This document shows, in pieces, positions 25,741 to 36,393 of a stretch of DNA of 64,000 bases (position 1 is its first letter; each line of letters starts with the position of its first letter). Source of the DNA: Armatimonadota bacterium (GTDB taxonomy: Bacteria; Armatimonadota; HRBIN16). The translations under genes and the position numbers were made by a program. The notes below the pieces were generated by a model that saw only the letters and a program-made list of their open reading frames with translations, was not told where the DNA came from and did not search any database. The stretch covers positions 2,848,001 through 2,912,000 of the forward strand of contig OY781964.1 in the NCBI GenBank assembly GCA_963677485.1. Direction: 5' to 3'.

Positions 25741-28700
25741 ATGAAGTTCCTATTTGCATCCATTCTTCTTTTCGTGCTGTCCGTCTACGCGATGGCAGCG
25801 CCGCCCAATGTGAGCAAAGGCGTCAACATGCGCATGGCGGGCTGGCATATGAGCATCATCTCTGTGGATGAGCAGACGCCCAACCTCTGCCTGGCCACCT
25901 ACATGAACGACAAATTCGCCTACATGGACCTCTATTCCGTAGCGATGGTGGCCCCTGCGCTGCGTATCGATGGCAATCTGATCGGCTTCGATATGGCCAC
26001 CGATGTGACTGTGGAGGATTTCCCCGGCGGGGTACGCGCCAGCATGAAGCTGGCCGGCGTGCGTGTGAGCCTGGAAGCTACCCCGCTGATGGTGGGCCGC
26101 TATTCGGCGCAGCAGGATGGGGCGATGATGCTTAACATCAACACCTCGCCAGCCACACCGGTGGTGCTGCGTGTGGGCGGAAGTGCCCCTACCAACAACG
26201 GTGCTGCGAACTCCCAGCCGGTGTGGCTGCGAGCAGGCAAGTTCTGGGAAAACACCACCTCAGTCAAAGTGGTGGGCGAAATCGGCCGACTGGATAGCTC
26301 CGCGGTGCCCTTCAAGATGGCGGTCACCGCCTCTGGCCCCCTCACCGCCAGCGATGAAGCGGACAAAAACTATCTGCAGGCGGAACTGAGCAAGGGCTCC
26401 GGCGAAATGTTGGTGGCATTTAGCACCACCGAACCCACCGTGATGCAGATCGCTGAGGGCAGCCGGGCGACCTATAAGGCTGAACTGAAAGCATACTACA
26501 AGCAACTGATGAGTAACAGGGTGAACACACCCGACACGCTCATCAACAAGACTTTCGCGAGTGCGCTGTATAACCTGGAATACAACTACATCTATCCCTA
26601 CGGCTGGAACGAGTGCATCCACCACTGGGAGGCCCTCTGGCACATGCAGCACACCGGTGCGGCGGACTGGATCGGCCAGAGCATCCGCACCCGCGACGTG
26701 AATGTGGTGAGTGCCAAGAACCTGTTTGGCGATGGCAATGTGCCGCAGTTTATGCCATCCGGCAAAACCCGCAGCGACTTCGGTGGCTCCAACCAGTTCT
26801 TTGGCCAGCAGGTCAACCACTACTGGAAGCAAACCGCCGACCGTTCGCAACTGCAGTTCTTTGCGGACACCATGGAGAAAGTCACCACGGCCACCTTTAA
26901 TCGGTATGACACCAATGGTACTGGTTTACTTCGCTGGGGACAGCAGATCGGCAACCAGGAGGACTATGTCAGCACCCCGGGTGACGGCACCTCCACCACC
27001 GTTGAGGGCATCAACCTGCTGCGCACCACCGCGGAGCTGCAGGCTGCGTTGGGTAACACCAAGCGAGCGGAGGAGCTCACCAGCCGCGCGGATCAGATCG
27101 CGATGAAGATGCGCAAAACCCTCTGGCAGCCGGAATTCGGCCGCTACGCCTTCTACACCGACGCCTCAGGTGTGGTTCGCCCCGATGGACAGTATCACAC
27201 GCTGATCTATCCGGTGATCTACGGCCTGCTCGATCCGCTGGACAGCTACACCTCGATCCGGCAGATGAATGACCGGCTGACCGATTCCCGCGGGGCCATC
27301 ACCTGCAGCAACAACATGCCCAACCATATGACGGGCACCTGGGGTATGCAGATTGGGGCCGCGCAGCAGCCTTGGGCCGCGATGGGACTGGCCGCTGTGG
27401 GTGACCGCAACCGCACCTGGCAGCCTCTGCGAGCTGTGGGCGATTGGGTATGGGATGTCAACCACCGCGGCAGTTGGCCCGAGATCTCCATTGAAGGCTG
27501 GCCGTCCTACTTCTCGCCGCCCGCCGGATTGTATGTGCAGTCCACCATCGAGGCTTTGTTTGGCCTGAAGATGGACGTGCCTGCGAAGAGCATCCACGTG
27601 TCACCCAGCTTCCCCGATAAGTGGAACTATTCTGACATCAATCTGACCGACGCCAGTGCGTCATACAAACGCGACGGCAGCAAGATGAGCTACACCGTCA
27701 CCACGCCCAAATCACTGAAGCGTGTGATCCGCTGGAGCCTGCCGCCAGTGAACGCCGTGAAGCTGCTGGTAAACGGCAAGCCCTGCGCGTTCAAGCTGGA
27801 GGCTGTTCCTGAGGGCGTGATGCTGACGGCCACCACAGCCGCGATGACCAGCAGCCGCATCGAGCTGGCCATCGAACCAGCCGACGTGGTACTGAAAGCC
27901 CCAAAGAGCATCGCTGAGGGCGAAGTCCTGAACGTCACGATGAGCGGCGCGAAGATGGTGTCGGTGGAGGACAGGCAGAAGCTGCTTTCGCGCTTCGAGC
28001 TGAATTCAGCGAACCTGCAAGCTCGTTTGGACACCGATCTGATGAAACGCGCCCAGAGCTACGGCCGTTTGGGAGCCATGAACTTCAGTCAGCGCACGCT
28101 GTTTGTGAAGGCCATCACCACCGGCGGCATCGCCTTCTGGCAGCCGATCAACATCACCCTGCTGCCCCGTGTAGAGGCGACTCCGGTGAAGGCGATCCAA
28201 CTGACCGAAGAGGGCGGGGAGCTTCGGCTGCTCGTGCGCAATAACACCCAGAACAGCATCAGCGGGCAGTGGCAACTGAGTATTACTCAGTGTGTCTACC
28301 CCTTCAATCTGAAACTAGCGGCCCGCTCTGAATCTGAGGCGGTCGTCAAAATCCCCAAGGGCCGTCTGGCGTTGTTTAGCGCGGGCGACAACACGGGCGA
28401 GCTGTTCACACCGGACCATCAGCGGATTTCCGTGGTATGCAGTGCAGATGAGCTTTACAAGCAGCCCGCACTGGCCTCCTATATGGCCCCGAAGATCAAG
28501 CACCTGGCACTGCCTCAGACCAAGCTGGCAGAAGATACCAAGTGGCGCGAATGGCGGCAGTATACCGCCTTTGGACACTGGCCATGGGCGAACAGCCGTC
28601 CACCGATGGAGGCACTTGGTGAAAAGACCGGCGTGACCGTGCCCGGACTAGAGGGCGTGAGCTTCATCACCAACCCTCGAAAGCTGATCCCTCTGTCGCA

Positions 28701-29706
28701 GAGGTCAGGCCAGCCTTCCATCCAACTGCCGGTTGCCCAGGAAGGCGTTCGGAAGATATACCTTCTCGTTCTACCCCTGCTGGATAATCACGACACCTAT
28801 GTGTCAGCCGCACGCGTGGATGTACAGTTGAACAATGATGAGATCATCTCACGCACCTTCACCTCTCCTGGCGACCTGGACTGGTGGGTACCGCAGGAGG
28901 TGGTGGGTGAGTTCTGCACCAGCCGCATTCCGCGTGAGAACCGCTTCGGTCTGCTGCCGATGCTCAAATCCACACAAGGTGACTGGGCGATCGCTCATCC
29001 CATCGCATCTGGTGATGTGGACAGCCATAAAGGTCTACCGCAGCCGGAGTTCTGGGCCAGCAGCCGAAACTTCAACACGGCCTCGGCCACATTCAATGTG
29101 CTTGAGATCGACCTTGGGGCTCCCCGGCGAGTGGAGTCACTCAGCGTGAGTGCGCTGGGTCTGGAACCTGCTATCGGGCTGGTAGCGGTGAGCTACGAAC
29201 AGGGCGATGGCGGCAGCTTGCAGGGCACCGAGTACCAGTTGGCTGGAGAGTATCGCATGCCGACCACGCTGTTCCAGGCCGACGCGCCGAACGCACTTGA
29301 TGGCTGGCAGTTGGAGGGCGACGCCTTCAGCGTATGTGCCATTCCCAGCCTGTTCACGGAGCACACGTTTAACAGCATGGGCAAGTCTGGTGAGAAAGCC
29401 ACAGGAACCGCCACCTCTCCGGCGTATACCGTGCCGGTGGACGCAAAGTATCTGGAGTTCTACCTGCAGGGTGGTACCAGCACCGGGCTCAGCGGAGAGG
29501 GCTCGCTGCGGATCGAGGTCCGAGATGTGGTATCGAACCAGCTCTACCATGCCATCAGCATAGAGGGCAGCCATCAGTTGCGTCGGCAGTATGTGGATGC
29601 CGCGAAACTGCACGGCAAGCAGATCAAGCTGGTGATGGTGGATAACAACCGCAACCTCAGCTACGCCTGGCTGGGGCTGATGTCATTGAAGGTGGCCTAT
29701 CGGTAG
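25741..29706 (+). CDS. Large secreted (alpha/alpha)6-barrel glycoside hydrolase-like protein with accessory domains
   Basis: Signal peptide; central six-hairpin glycosidase-like region (HYWKQTAD, YDTNGTGLL, LWQPEFGRY, EALFGL..VSPSFP); family not assignable by eye. Confidence 0.6.
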   Translation: MKFLFASILLFVLSVYAMAAPPNVSKGVNMRMAGWHMSIISVDEQTPNLCLATYMNDKFAYMDLYSVAMVAPALRIDGNLIGFDMATDVTVEDFPGGVRASMKLAGVRVSLEATPLMVGRYSAQQDGAMMLNINTSPATPVVLRVGGSAPTNNGAANSQPVWLRAGKFWENTTSVKVVGEIGRLDSSAVPFKMAVTASGPLTASDEADKNYLQAELSKGSGEMLVAFSTTEPTVMQIAEGSRATYKAELKAYYKQLMSNRVNTPDTLINKTFASALYNLEYNYIYPYGWNECIHHWEALWHMQHTGAADWIGQSIRTRDVNVVSAKNLFGDGNVPQFMPSGKTRSDFGGSNQFFGQQVNHYWKQTADRSQLQFFADTMEKVTTATFNRYDTNGTGLLRWGQQIGNQEDYVSTPGDGTSTTVEGINLLRTTAELQAALGNTKRAEELTSRADQIAMKMRKTLWQPEFGRYAFYTDASGVVRPDGQYHTLIYPVIYGLLDPLDSYTSIRQMNDRLTDSRGAITCSNNMPNHMTGTWGMQIGAAQQPWAAMGLAAVGDRNRTWQPLRAVGDWVWDVNHRGSWPEISIEGWPSYFSPPAGLYVQSTIEALFGLKMDVPAKSIHVSPSFPDKWNYSDINLTDASASYKRDGSKMSYTVTTPKSLKRVIRWSLPPVNAVKLLVNGKPCAFKLEAVPEGVMLTATTAAMTSSRIELAIEPADVVLKAPKSIAEGEVLNVTMSGAKMVSVEDRQKLLSRFELNSANLQARLDTDLMKRAQSYGRLGAMNFSQRTLFVKAITTGGIAFWQPINITLLPRVEATPVKAIQLTEEGGELRLLVRNNTQNSISGQWQLSITQCVYPFNLKLAARSESEAVVKIPKGRLALFSAGDNTGELFTPDHQRISVVCSADELYKQPALASYMAPKIKHLALPQTKLAEDTKWREWRQYTAFGHWPWANSRPPMEALGEKTGVTVPGLEGVSFITNPRKLIPLSQRSGQPSIQLPVAQEGVRKIYLLVLPLLDNHDTYVSAARVDVQLNNDEIISRTFTSPGDLDWWVPQEVVGEFCTSRIPRENRFGLLPMLKSTQGDWAIAHPIASGDVDSHKGLPQPEFWASSRNFNTASATFNVLEIDLGAPRRVESLSVSALGLEPAIGLVAVSYEQGDGGSLQGTEYQLAGEYRMPTTLFQADAPNALDGWQLEGDAFSVCAIPSLFTEHTFNSMGKSGEKATGTATSPAYTVPVDAKYLEFYLQGGTSTGLSGEGSLRIEVRDVVSNQLYHAISIEGSHQLRRQYVDAAKLHGKQIKLVMVDNNRNLSYAWLGLMSLKVAYR

Positions 29707-29739
29707 GGGATGAACTAACGACTCATTTCGCTATTGGCG

Positions 29740-30020
29740 TGTAAGGGCGGTTCGCGAACCGCCCTTCACGTGTTGCTGGTCTGTTGATAGATGGAACCCA
29801 ACGTAAAGGCGCAAGGGTGCAATGGCGCAAAGATATGTGACCGCGCCGGTTTCTCGGTACGCTGCCAATCGCCATGCAAATACTCTCCGGCGCGGTCTGG
29901 CGGACAGCCCAATCCGTAGCTGAAACATACAAAGGCCCCCCTGGGAACGCCAATCTCCCGATTGGCATTTCCCTTCCCATCCTCCCCATCCGCGGTATCC
30001 GTGTCATCTGTGGTTCAGAC
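29740..30020. repeat. Mosaic repeat cluster
   Basis: GGGCGGTTCGCGAACCGCCC, AAAGGCGCAAGGGTGCAATGGCGCAA, GACCGCGCCGG and CTGGGAACGCCAATCTCCCGATTGGC. Confidence 0.75.
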
Positions 30021-30212
30021 AAATGGTAAGCAACACGGTGGCCTATTGCTCACTTGCCGGCTGACCAACCCAGATTCGATGATGGGCATCGTCATTTGGA
30101 TTCAGCATAAAGAACAGAGATGAGATTACAAACTTTCTGTGAATAGGCAAAATGGCAATGCAGTTCGAGAAATAACCATAGTGATACAGCATACTCATAT
30201 TGGAGGTCGGTA

Positions 30213-31118
30213 ATGACATTATCGGAACCGGTAAAAGCTGTAATACGTATGCAAGATTACATTCACCGAAGTATCCATGACGAACTAACCATTGATGATA
30301 TATGCTCCGAATCGGGTTATTCAAATAGGCACTCTTTACGGTTATTCAAAGTGCATTTGAATAAAACAGTTTTTGAGTATATACGGGATTTACGGTTAGC
30401 AATAGCTGCTGGTAAACTAATTGGTTCCAATAGCCATGAATGCATTTTGGAAATTGCGCTAGATTCAGGATTTGGGTCACACGAAGGGTTTACAAAAGCA
30501 TTCAACAGTCACTTTGGAGTATTACCGAGCTATTATCGTAAAAAGTGGTTCCCGACCAACTATACAGCTCCAACTCCTATGAGTTATTACTATCTACTGC
30601 TGCGTTCGAAAGGAATGAATACGATGGGTGAATCAAGAACCGTGACGGCCACCTATATCACAAAACCCGCTTGTAAACTGATTGCCAGGCGTGGGATATT
30701 ATCGACCGACTACTGGTCCTATTGTGACGAAATCGGGTGTGACATCTGGGACACTTTGGTACAGGTACCGAACCGACTAGATAAGGTCGCGTTTGTCATA
30801 CTGCCAGATGCTTTGGTTACTGACGGCACATCGAAACCATGTTGTGCTGTCGAAGTGCCGTTGGATTATACACAGCCTGTGCCTGAGGGCTGTGATATCA
30901 TCGAACTGACTGAACACACTATGCTGTGGTTTCAAGGTGCGCCATATGAAGATGAGGATTGGTATGGTGGTGCGCATTCCGAAATGTCCAATGCCATACA
31001 ACACTACAAGCCTGAACTGTATGGATATCGGTTTGCTTATGACATGGCACCGGAGTTCCACTACGGCACTTCAGCGAAGGATGGCTGCAGACAGTTAGTT
31101 CCGGTAGTTGCCTTGTGA
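30213..31118 (+). CDS. AraC-family transcriptional regulator with a C-terminal effector-binding domain
   Basis: N-terminal double HTH (IALDSGFGSHEGFTKAF); visibly more AT-rich than its neighbours. Confidence 0.88.
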   Translation: MTLSEPVKAVIRMQDYIHRSIHDELTIDDICSESGYSNRHSLRLFKVHLNKTVFEYIRDLRLAIAAGKLIGSNSHECILEIALDSGFGSHEGFTKAFNSHFGVLPSYYRKKWFPTNYTAPTPMSYYYLLLRSKGMNTMGESRTVTATYITKPACKLIARRGILSTDYWSYCDEIGCDIWDTLVQVPNRLDKVAFVILPDALVTDGTSKPCCAVEVPLDYTQPVPEGCDIIELTEHTMLWFQGAPYEDEDWYGGAHSEMSNAIQHYKPELYGYRFAYDMAPEFHYGTSAKDGCRQLVPVVAL

Positions 31119-31146
31119 TATCGCCAAGGTGGCTTAACGTCATGCG

Positions 31147-31180
31147 GCCTGGCGGTTGCCATCGGCAACCGCCAGGCTTT
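31147..31180 (+). terminator. Perfect hairpin, possible terminator
   Basis: 14-bp stem GCCTGGCGGTTGCC-ATC-GGCAACCGCCAGGC followed by TTT. Confidence 0.5.
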
Positions 31181-31457
31181 CACCTTGCGACAGTCTGTTG
31201 GCCCAAAGTGGATTCCAACGAATAGCTGCCATGGTATGTCACCGCGCCGGAAGTAATCTGCATAGCGATTGCCAGCATACTGAGAAATCGGCGCGATCAT
31301 TATCTGATCTGCGTCATCTGCGTCATCTGTGGATGTTAACTCCCCTTCGTGCCAAGCGTCAACCGCCAAGGAGCAAGACCGGCGCGGTCTGATAGCTTTC
31401 AGTAGCCGCTATACCTCTGAAAGACCGCCCCGGACATGGCAAATAGTTGCCCCTCCG

Positions 31458-32366
31458 CTACTCCTCGGGCTTGCCCAGGTCGGCGGGGGCTTTGGAGCGG
31501 CCGGCGAAGCCGGCCAGCACGATGACGGTCAGTATATACGGCATCGCCAGGAATAACTCGCTGGGTATCTCTACGCCTCGGAACAGGCTGCCTTGAAGCC
31601 GCTGCTGCATGGCATCCAGCAGGCCAAACCCCAGACTGGCTCCCACCACTCCCAGCGGGGTCCAGCGTCCGAATATCACCGCAGCCAGTGCCACAAACCC
31701 CTTGCCAGCACTCATGTTGTCGGAGTAGACATTCATCTGGCTGATGCTCAGGTAGACGCCTGATAGCCCGGCCAGCGCCCCGCTGATCCCCACACAGATC
31801 ATGCGGATACGCCGCACAGGCAGACCGGCGAGTCGGCTGTGCGAGGCACTCTCGCCGCAGGCACGGATGCGCAGTCCCCAGCCGGAGTGGTTCATGAGGT
31901 GGTGCATGGCCAGTAACATCAGGATCAGCAGCCACACGAAGGGGCTTTGGTCGTTCAATACCGGACCGATCACCGGAATACGATCGAGCCAGGATGCACT
32001 GATGCTGGCAAACGGCGTGCAAGATGGCGTATCGGGGAAGAAGCGGTGCATCAGATAGATGGTGCTGCCGGAGGCAAACAGGTTCACCGCAGCTCCGCTG
32101 ACCACCTGGTCTGCGCGGAACCGCTGGGTCAACAGCCCATGCGTCAGCCCCAGCAACGCGCCCGCGGAGCATCCGATGACGGCTCCTGCCCAGGCCGACC
32201 CAGTGAGCATCGCACCCGCGTATCCTGCGAAGGCACCCATCAGCATCTGACCTTCGAGTCCGATGTTCACCACTCCGCTGCGTTCGGATATGGTGCCGCC
32301 CAATGCGGCCAGTCCCAGAGGCACACTCAAGCGCAGAGCACTGCGGATCAGTTCGGTGTCAAACAT
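31458..32366 (-). CDS. ABC transporter permease (nucleoside/simple sugar type)
   Basis: SERSGVVNIGLEG, GLRIRACGE, GKGFVALAAVIFGRW, PYILT. Confidence 0.92.
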   Translation of the reverse strand: MFDTELIRSALRLSVPLGLAALGGTISERSGVVNIGLEGQMLMGAFAGYAGAMLTGSAWAGAVIGCSAGALLGLTHGLLTQRFRADQVVSGAAVNLFASGSTIYLMHRFFPDTPSCTPFASISASWLDRIPVIGPVLNDQSPFVWLLILMLLAMHHLMNHSGWGLRIRACGESASHSRLAGLPVRRIRMICVGISGALAGLSGVYLSISQMNVYSDNMSAGKGFVALAAVIFGRWTPLGVVGASLGFGLLDAMQQRLQGSLFRGVEIPSELFLAMPYILTVIVLAGFAGRSKAPADLGKPEE

Positions 32367-33390
32367 TGGCAGGCCCTCGGCGCATGGCGCGAATGGCTGC
32401 GATCATCATGATCACTACCGCCTCCACAATCCAACTGATCTCACGCGGCACCTGCGGCGTGGTGAGCACCTGCATAGTGGTGGCCCCGTTGTGCAAGGCG
32501 CCCAAAACAAATCCGCTGACCAGCACTCCGAATGGATGGTTCGCGCCGAGTAGGGCCACGGCGATGCCGTCAAAACCGTATCCGGGCGAGAAGGCGTCGA
32601 TGAACTTGTGGTGAATACCCAGCACCTCGATGCAGCCCGCCAGGCCCGCGATGGCTCCGCTGATGGTGAGGCTAACCCAGGCCATCCGTTTGACATCGGC
32701 TCCAGCCACCGCCGCCGCCTGCTCGTTGGTGCCGGTGGCGCGGAACTCAAATCCCCAGGCTGTGCGGTAGAGCAGATACCACATCAACACGCAGATACCA
32801 AGAGCGAAAAACAGTCCGATGTGCAGACGGGTGTCTTGTATCAACAACGGTAGAACGGCCCCCTTCGCGATGGGAGCGGTCTGAACCGCCATGTTCGCGG
32901 GTGAGGGGTCTTTCAGAATGCCTCCCGCCAGCCAGTGCGTGCCATACAGCGCGATGTAGTTGAACATAATGGTGGTAATGACCTCATGTGCACCCCGCTT
33001 GGCCTTCAGAATGCCGGGTATCCAGGCCCAGAAAGCTCCGCCCAGCACTCCGGCTCCGATGCAGAGGGTGATATGCAGCCAGGACGGCGTAGCAGGAAAG
33101 GCGATGCCCATCATACCCGCACAGAGTCCGCCTACCAGCAACTGCCCCTCCACGCCGATGTTGAACACACCGGCTTGCAGTCCCACAGCAATCGCTAAGC
33201 CGCAGATGGCGAGAGGAATCGCCCGTAAAGTGCTCTCCGCCAGTGCTCCGGGGTCGGTCAACCCGCCAGCAAACCAGGCGGACATCGCCTGCATCGGCTT
33301 CGCCCCGCTGATGGCGATGAGCAGGGCGGATATTAGCAGACTGGCCGCGAATACGGCGACGGGCCATCCCCATTTCCAAATCTGCTTCAC
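32359..33390 (-). CDS. ABC transporter permease (nucleoside/simple sugar type)
   Basis: FNIGVEGQ, HEVITTIMFNY, GYGFDGIAVALLG. Confidence 0.92.
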   Translation of the reverse strand: MKQIWKWGWPVAVFAASLLISALLIAISGAKPMQAMSAWFAGGLTDPGALAESTLRAIPLAICGLAIAVGLQAGVFNIGVEGQLLVGGLCAGMMGIAFPATPSWLHITLCIGAGVLGGAFWAWIPGILKAKRGAHEVITTIMFNYIALYGTHWLAGGILKDPSPANMAVQTAPIAKGAVLPLLIQDTRLHIGLFFALGICVLMWYLLYRTAWGFEFRATGTNEQAAAVAGADVKRMAWVSLTISGAIAGLAGCIEVLGIHHKFIDAFSPGYGFDGIAVALLGANHPFGVLVSGFVLGALHNGATTMQVLTTPQVPREISWIVEAVVIMMIAAIRAMRRGPANV

Positions 33391-34919
33391 TCGCGTAATC
33401 CCACCATCAACTTGCCAATGGCCTCCCTGTTCTCGTCAATACCATCTAAAATACCCATCAACTGGCCGTTATATAGCACAGCGATACGGTGGCACAGCTC
33501 AACCAGCTCACCGATGTCATAACTCACTATCACTGCGGCACAGCCTGTGGCACACGCCAGGGTGATCTGCTCGCGGACAAACTGCGCGCTTTGGGTATCC
33601 AGTCCACGGGTAGGGTGGCCTGCCACCAGCAGCGCGGGCGTCTGGTAGAGTGCGCGTCCGACCACCAGCTTCTGCTGGTTACCGCCAGAGAGTGTGCTGA
33701 GGCTTTGCTGCGGCGATTCGGCCTTCACCCGGAAGCGTTCGATGGTTTGAGTTGTGAACTGCCCCATGACCTTTGGCTTCAACATCCATCGGCCGAACTG
33801 CGGTTCACGCTGGTGACCCAGCATGGCGTTATCCACCAGGCTCCATTCGCTGATCGTGGCCCGGGAGTGGCGGTCCTCCGGGATGTAGCGAACCCCGCGA
33901 GCCAGGCGTCCACTCACCCCCAGATGTCCCACATCCTCGCCCATCAGCAACAACTGCCCGCCCTTGCAGCGTCGCAGCCCAACCAGCAGCTCCACCAGTT
34001 CCGCCTGGCCGCTTCCATCTACTCCGGCGATGCCCAGCACCTCGCCTTTTCTCACGGCGATGCTCAGGCCCTTCAATCCACTCCGGGCGTGTTTAGCGGC
34101 AATGCTTACCTGGCGCAGTTCCACCGCCAGCTCCTCGGAAGGAGCAGGCAGGCTGACGGGATCTGAGGTGACTATCACTTCGTCGGTGCCCATGATCTGG
34201 TTGGAGAGCTCAGTCAGGTTTAAATCCGCTGTGACGGGGTAGTCCGCCACGCTGCAGCCATTGCGCAGAACGGTGACGTGCTGGGCATGCTGCACCACCT
34301 CCTGAAGCCGATGGGTGACTACTATCGCGGTATGGCCATCCGTGGTAAGGCGATGAAGAAGTTCGTAAAAGCTCTCGGCATCGGAAGGGGGCAACACCGC
34401 TGTGGGTTCGTCGAAGATCAATATGCGGCAGCCGCGCATCAGCAAGCGCAGAATTTCCACCTTCTGCTGCTGTGAGACGCTGAGTTCACCGGCTGGTTGG
34501 TTCCATTCGACGTTCAGACCGAGGCCTTCGGTGTATTTCTGGGCTTCTTGAATGACCGGTGCCTTGGGCATGGACCTCCAACCGGTGGAGGGGTAGGTCA
34601 GCATGAGGTTTTCGATGATGCTGAGCTCCGGGATGAGCGCGTAATGCTGGCTGACCATGCCCACACCGGCACTTAGTGCATCAGCAGGACTGCCGAATTT
34701 CACTTTCTCACCGAACAGCGCCACACTCCCGCTATCCGGCGTGATCACACCATACAGCATGTTCATGAGGGTGGTCTTACCGGCCCCGTTCTCACCGACG
34801 ACAGCGTGTATTGAGGCCGATTCCACCTGCAAACTCACACGGTCATTGGCGATGCAGCTGCCGAAATGTTTATGCAGCTTCTCGGCCGCCACCGCCATTG
34901 GCTTCACGGATTGGCTCAT
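33387..34919 (-). CDS. ABC transporter ATP-binding protein (two ATPase domains)
   Basis: GENGAGKTT, FDEPTAVL, YIPEDR, LSGGNQQK, PTRGLD. Confidence 0.95.
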   Translation of the reverse strand: MSQSVKPMAVAAEKLHKHFGSCIANDRVSLQVESASIHAVVGENGAGKTTLMNMLYGVITPDSGSVALFGEKVKFGSPADALSAGVGMVSQHYALIPELSIIENLMLTYPSTGWRSMPKAPVIQEAQKYTEGLGLNVEWNQPAGELSVSQQQKVEILRLLMRGCRILIFDEPTAVLPPSDAESFYELLHRLTTDGHTAIVVTHRLQEVVQHAQHVTVLRNGCSVADYPVTADLNLTELSNQIMGTDEVIVTSDPVSLPAPSEELAVELRQVSIAAKHARSGLKGLSIAVRKGEVLGIAGVDGSGQAELVELLVGLRRCKGGQLLLMGEDVGHLGVSGRLARGVRYIPEDRHSRATISEWSLVDNAMLGHQREPQFGRWMLKPKVMGQFTTQTIERFRVKAESPQQSLSTLSGGNQQKLVVGRALYQTPALLVAGHPTRGLDTQSAQFVREQITLACATGCAAVIVSYDIGELVELCHRIAVLYNGQLMGILDGIDENREAIGKLMVGLRE

Positions 34920-35653
34920 CTTCGGATGGCGACCATGCGGTTGATCAGGCGTCCGCCTACCAGCTTCTCCACCATCACATGACCATAGGCGCTGGTGGCG
35001 TGGATCATGCGGCCATCACCGATATAGATGCCCGTGTGGTCAATCACACCATCTTTAGCAAAGTAGACGCGGTCGCCAGGCTGGGCTTCATATATGTTGC
35101 CGATAGGCCGTCCCACGCTGACCTGCTGCCGTGCGGTCCTGGGCAGGTGGATGCCAAACCGGCGGAAGACCTGAAGCACGAAGCCGCTGCAGTCTGTGCC
35201 ATACTGGCTGGTACCGCCCCATACATAGGGGATGCCAAGGTATTGAAACGCCGTCTGCACGATGGGGCTGCCTATCCCGTCGGCCAGCCGCAGATTCACC
35301 AGCTCGATGGAGCCGCGCGGAACCCAACCTGGGCGGCCATCGTTCATCAGCAGGCCCAGCCAGCCGTCGGCCTCTTTGATCACCGCAACTGTCACGCCAG
35401 CGGGCACCAGCAGGTAACGCTGTGCCATACTATTCCGCTCACGGAATATGCCCACCGAGACCTTGGTGAAGCCGATGCGCCCAATCACGTTGTTGTTTTT
35501 GGGCTGCTCTTTGGGCTTTGGGGCCGGCTTAGGCGGCGGCATCAGTTTGTTCACCTCAGGGGTTAAGTCCCAGGTGATGGTGCTGTCTGCCCATGCCGTG
35601 GTTCCCAGCAGCAGCAGAGCGATCGCGAACAGTGGTATTACGCGCAACTTCAT
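34916..35653 (-). CDS. Secreted NlpC/P60 cell-wall peptidase with an SH3-like domain
   Basis: PYVWGG, DCSGF, LPRTA, HTGIY and IHA motifs; signal peptide. Confidence 0.92.
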   Translation of the reverse strand: MKLRVIPLFAIALLLLGTTAWADSTITWDLTPEVNKLMPPPKPAPKPKEQPKNNNVIGRIGFTKVSVGIFRERNSMAQRYLLVPAGVTVAVIKEADGWLGLLMNDGRPGWVPRGSIELVNLRLADGIGSPIVQTAFQYLGIPYVWGGTSQYGTDCSGFVLQVFRRFGIHLPRTARQQVSVGRPIGNIYEAQPGDRVYFAKDGVIDHTGIYIGDGRMIHATSAYGHVMVEKLVGGRLINRMVAIRR

Positions 35654-36387
35654 TTGATAAGCTTGTCCAAGTGCAATCCGTCAATGGTGATAAAGAAGAG
35701 CCGTTCGTAGAGAAGAGACAACCTCGCCATGATGGTGGAGCCGAATAGCGCACCAAAAGCGATCATCAACAGCATTCTACCGCTGGTGGCACTGAACTTG
35801 ATGGCCTTGTTCTCTTGCTTGAAGCTGAAGAAGAAGTAGCTCATCACGGCCAGCATGACGATGACGAAGATGAAGTTGTTCAGCACGCCGACCCAGCCGA
35901 TGGCCGCACCAGAGTCACCCAGCGCGAAGGGGTTCAGCGGCAGGAAGGATTTTTCGAGTTGCGGCCACATGGTGTTGGCGTAGATCTGGAATATCTGGCC
36001 GGCACTCATTCCCATGATCAGCCCGATGGGGATGCGGCTGATCCAGTTCAGTTTCTTGCTGTACACGAAGTAGAACATGATTCCGGCGAGGGCCGCGAAG
36101 ATGCCCCACCACTTCCCTTCGATAAACACCGGTTTGATGAAAAGCGGGTCGATCACCTCTCGGATCACGATCTGCAGCGAATAACCCGCTGCCAGGCCGA
36201 TATAGATGCGCTCAAACAGCCGGTAGAAGGCGTTCTCTCGAAACACCAGTGAGAAGATGGCCAGGGTGCAGATGATGGCGACCACTGTGCCGATCCCGGC
36301 CATGTTCACTCCGCCACCGGGCAGAACAAACATGCTGTGCATGGCCTGAAACCAGGCGACAGGATGGAATGCTGCTAAAAACATCAT
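35650..36387 (-). CDS. Conserved multi-pass membrane protein (DUF6754-cluster type)
   Basis: About 6 TM segments; ENxFYRLFExIYIG and GRMLLMIAFGALFG motifs. Confidence 0.7.
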   Translation of the reverse strand: MMFLAAFHPVAWFQAMHSMFVLPGGGVNMAGIGTVVAIICTLAIFSLVFRENAFYRLFERIYIGLAAGYSLQIVIREVIDPLFIKPVFIEGKWWGIFAALAGIMFYFVYSKKLNWISRIPIGLIMGMSAGQIFQIYANTMWPQLEKSFLPLNPFALGDSGAAIGWVGVLNNFIFVIVMLAVMSYFFFSFKQENKAIKFSATSGRMLLMIAFGALFGSTIMARLSLLYERLFFITIDGLHLDKLIK

Positions 36388-36393
36388 GTTAGT

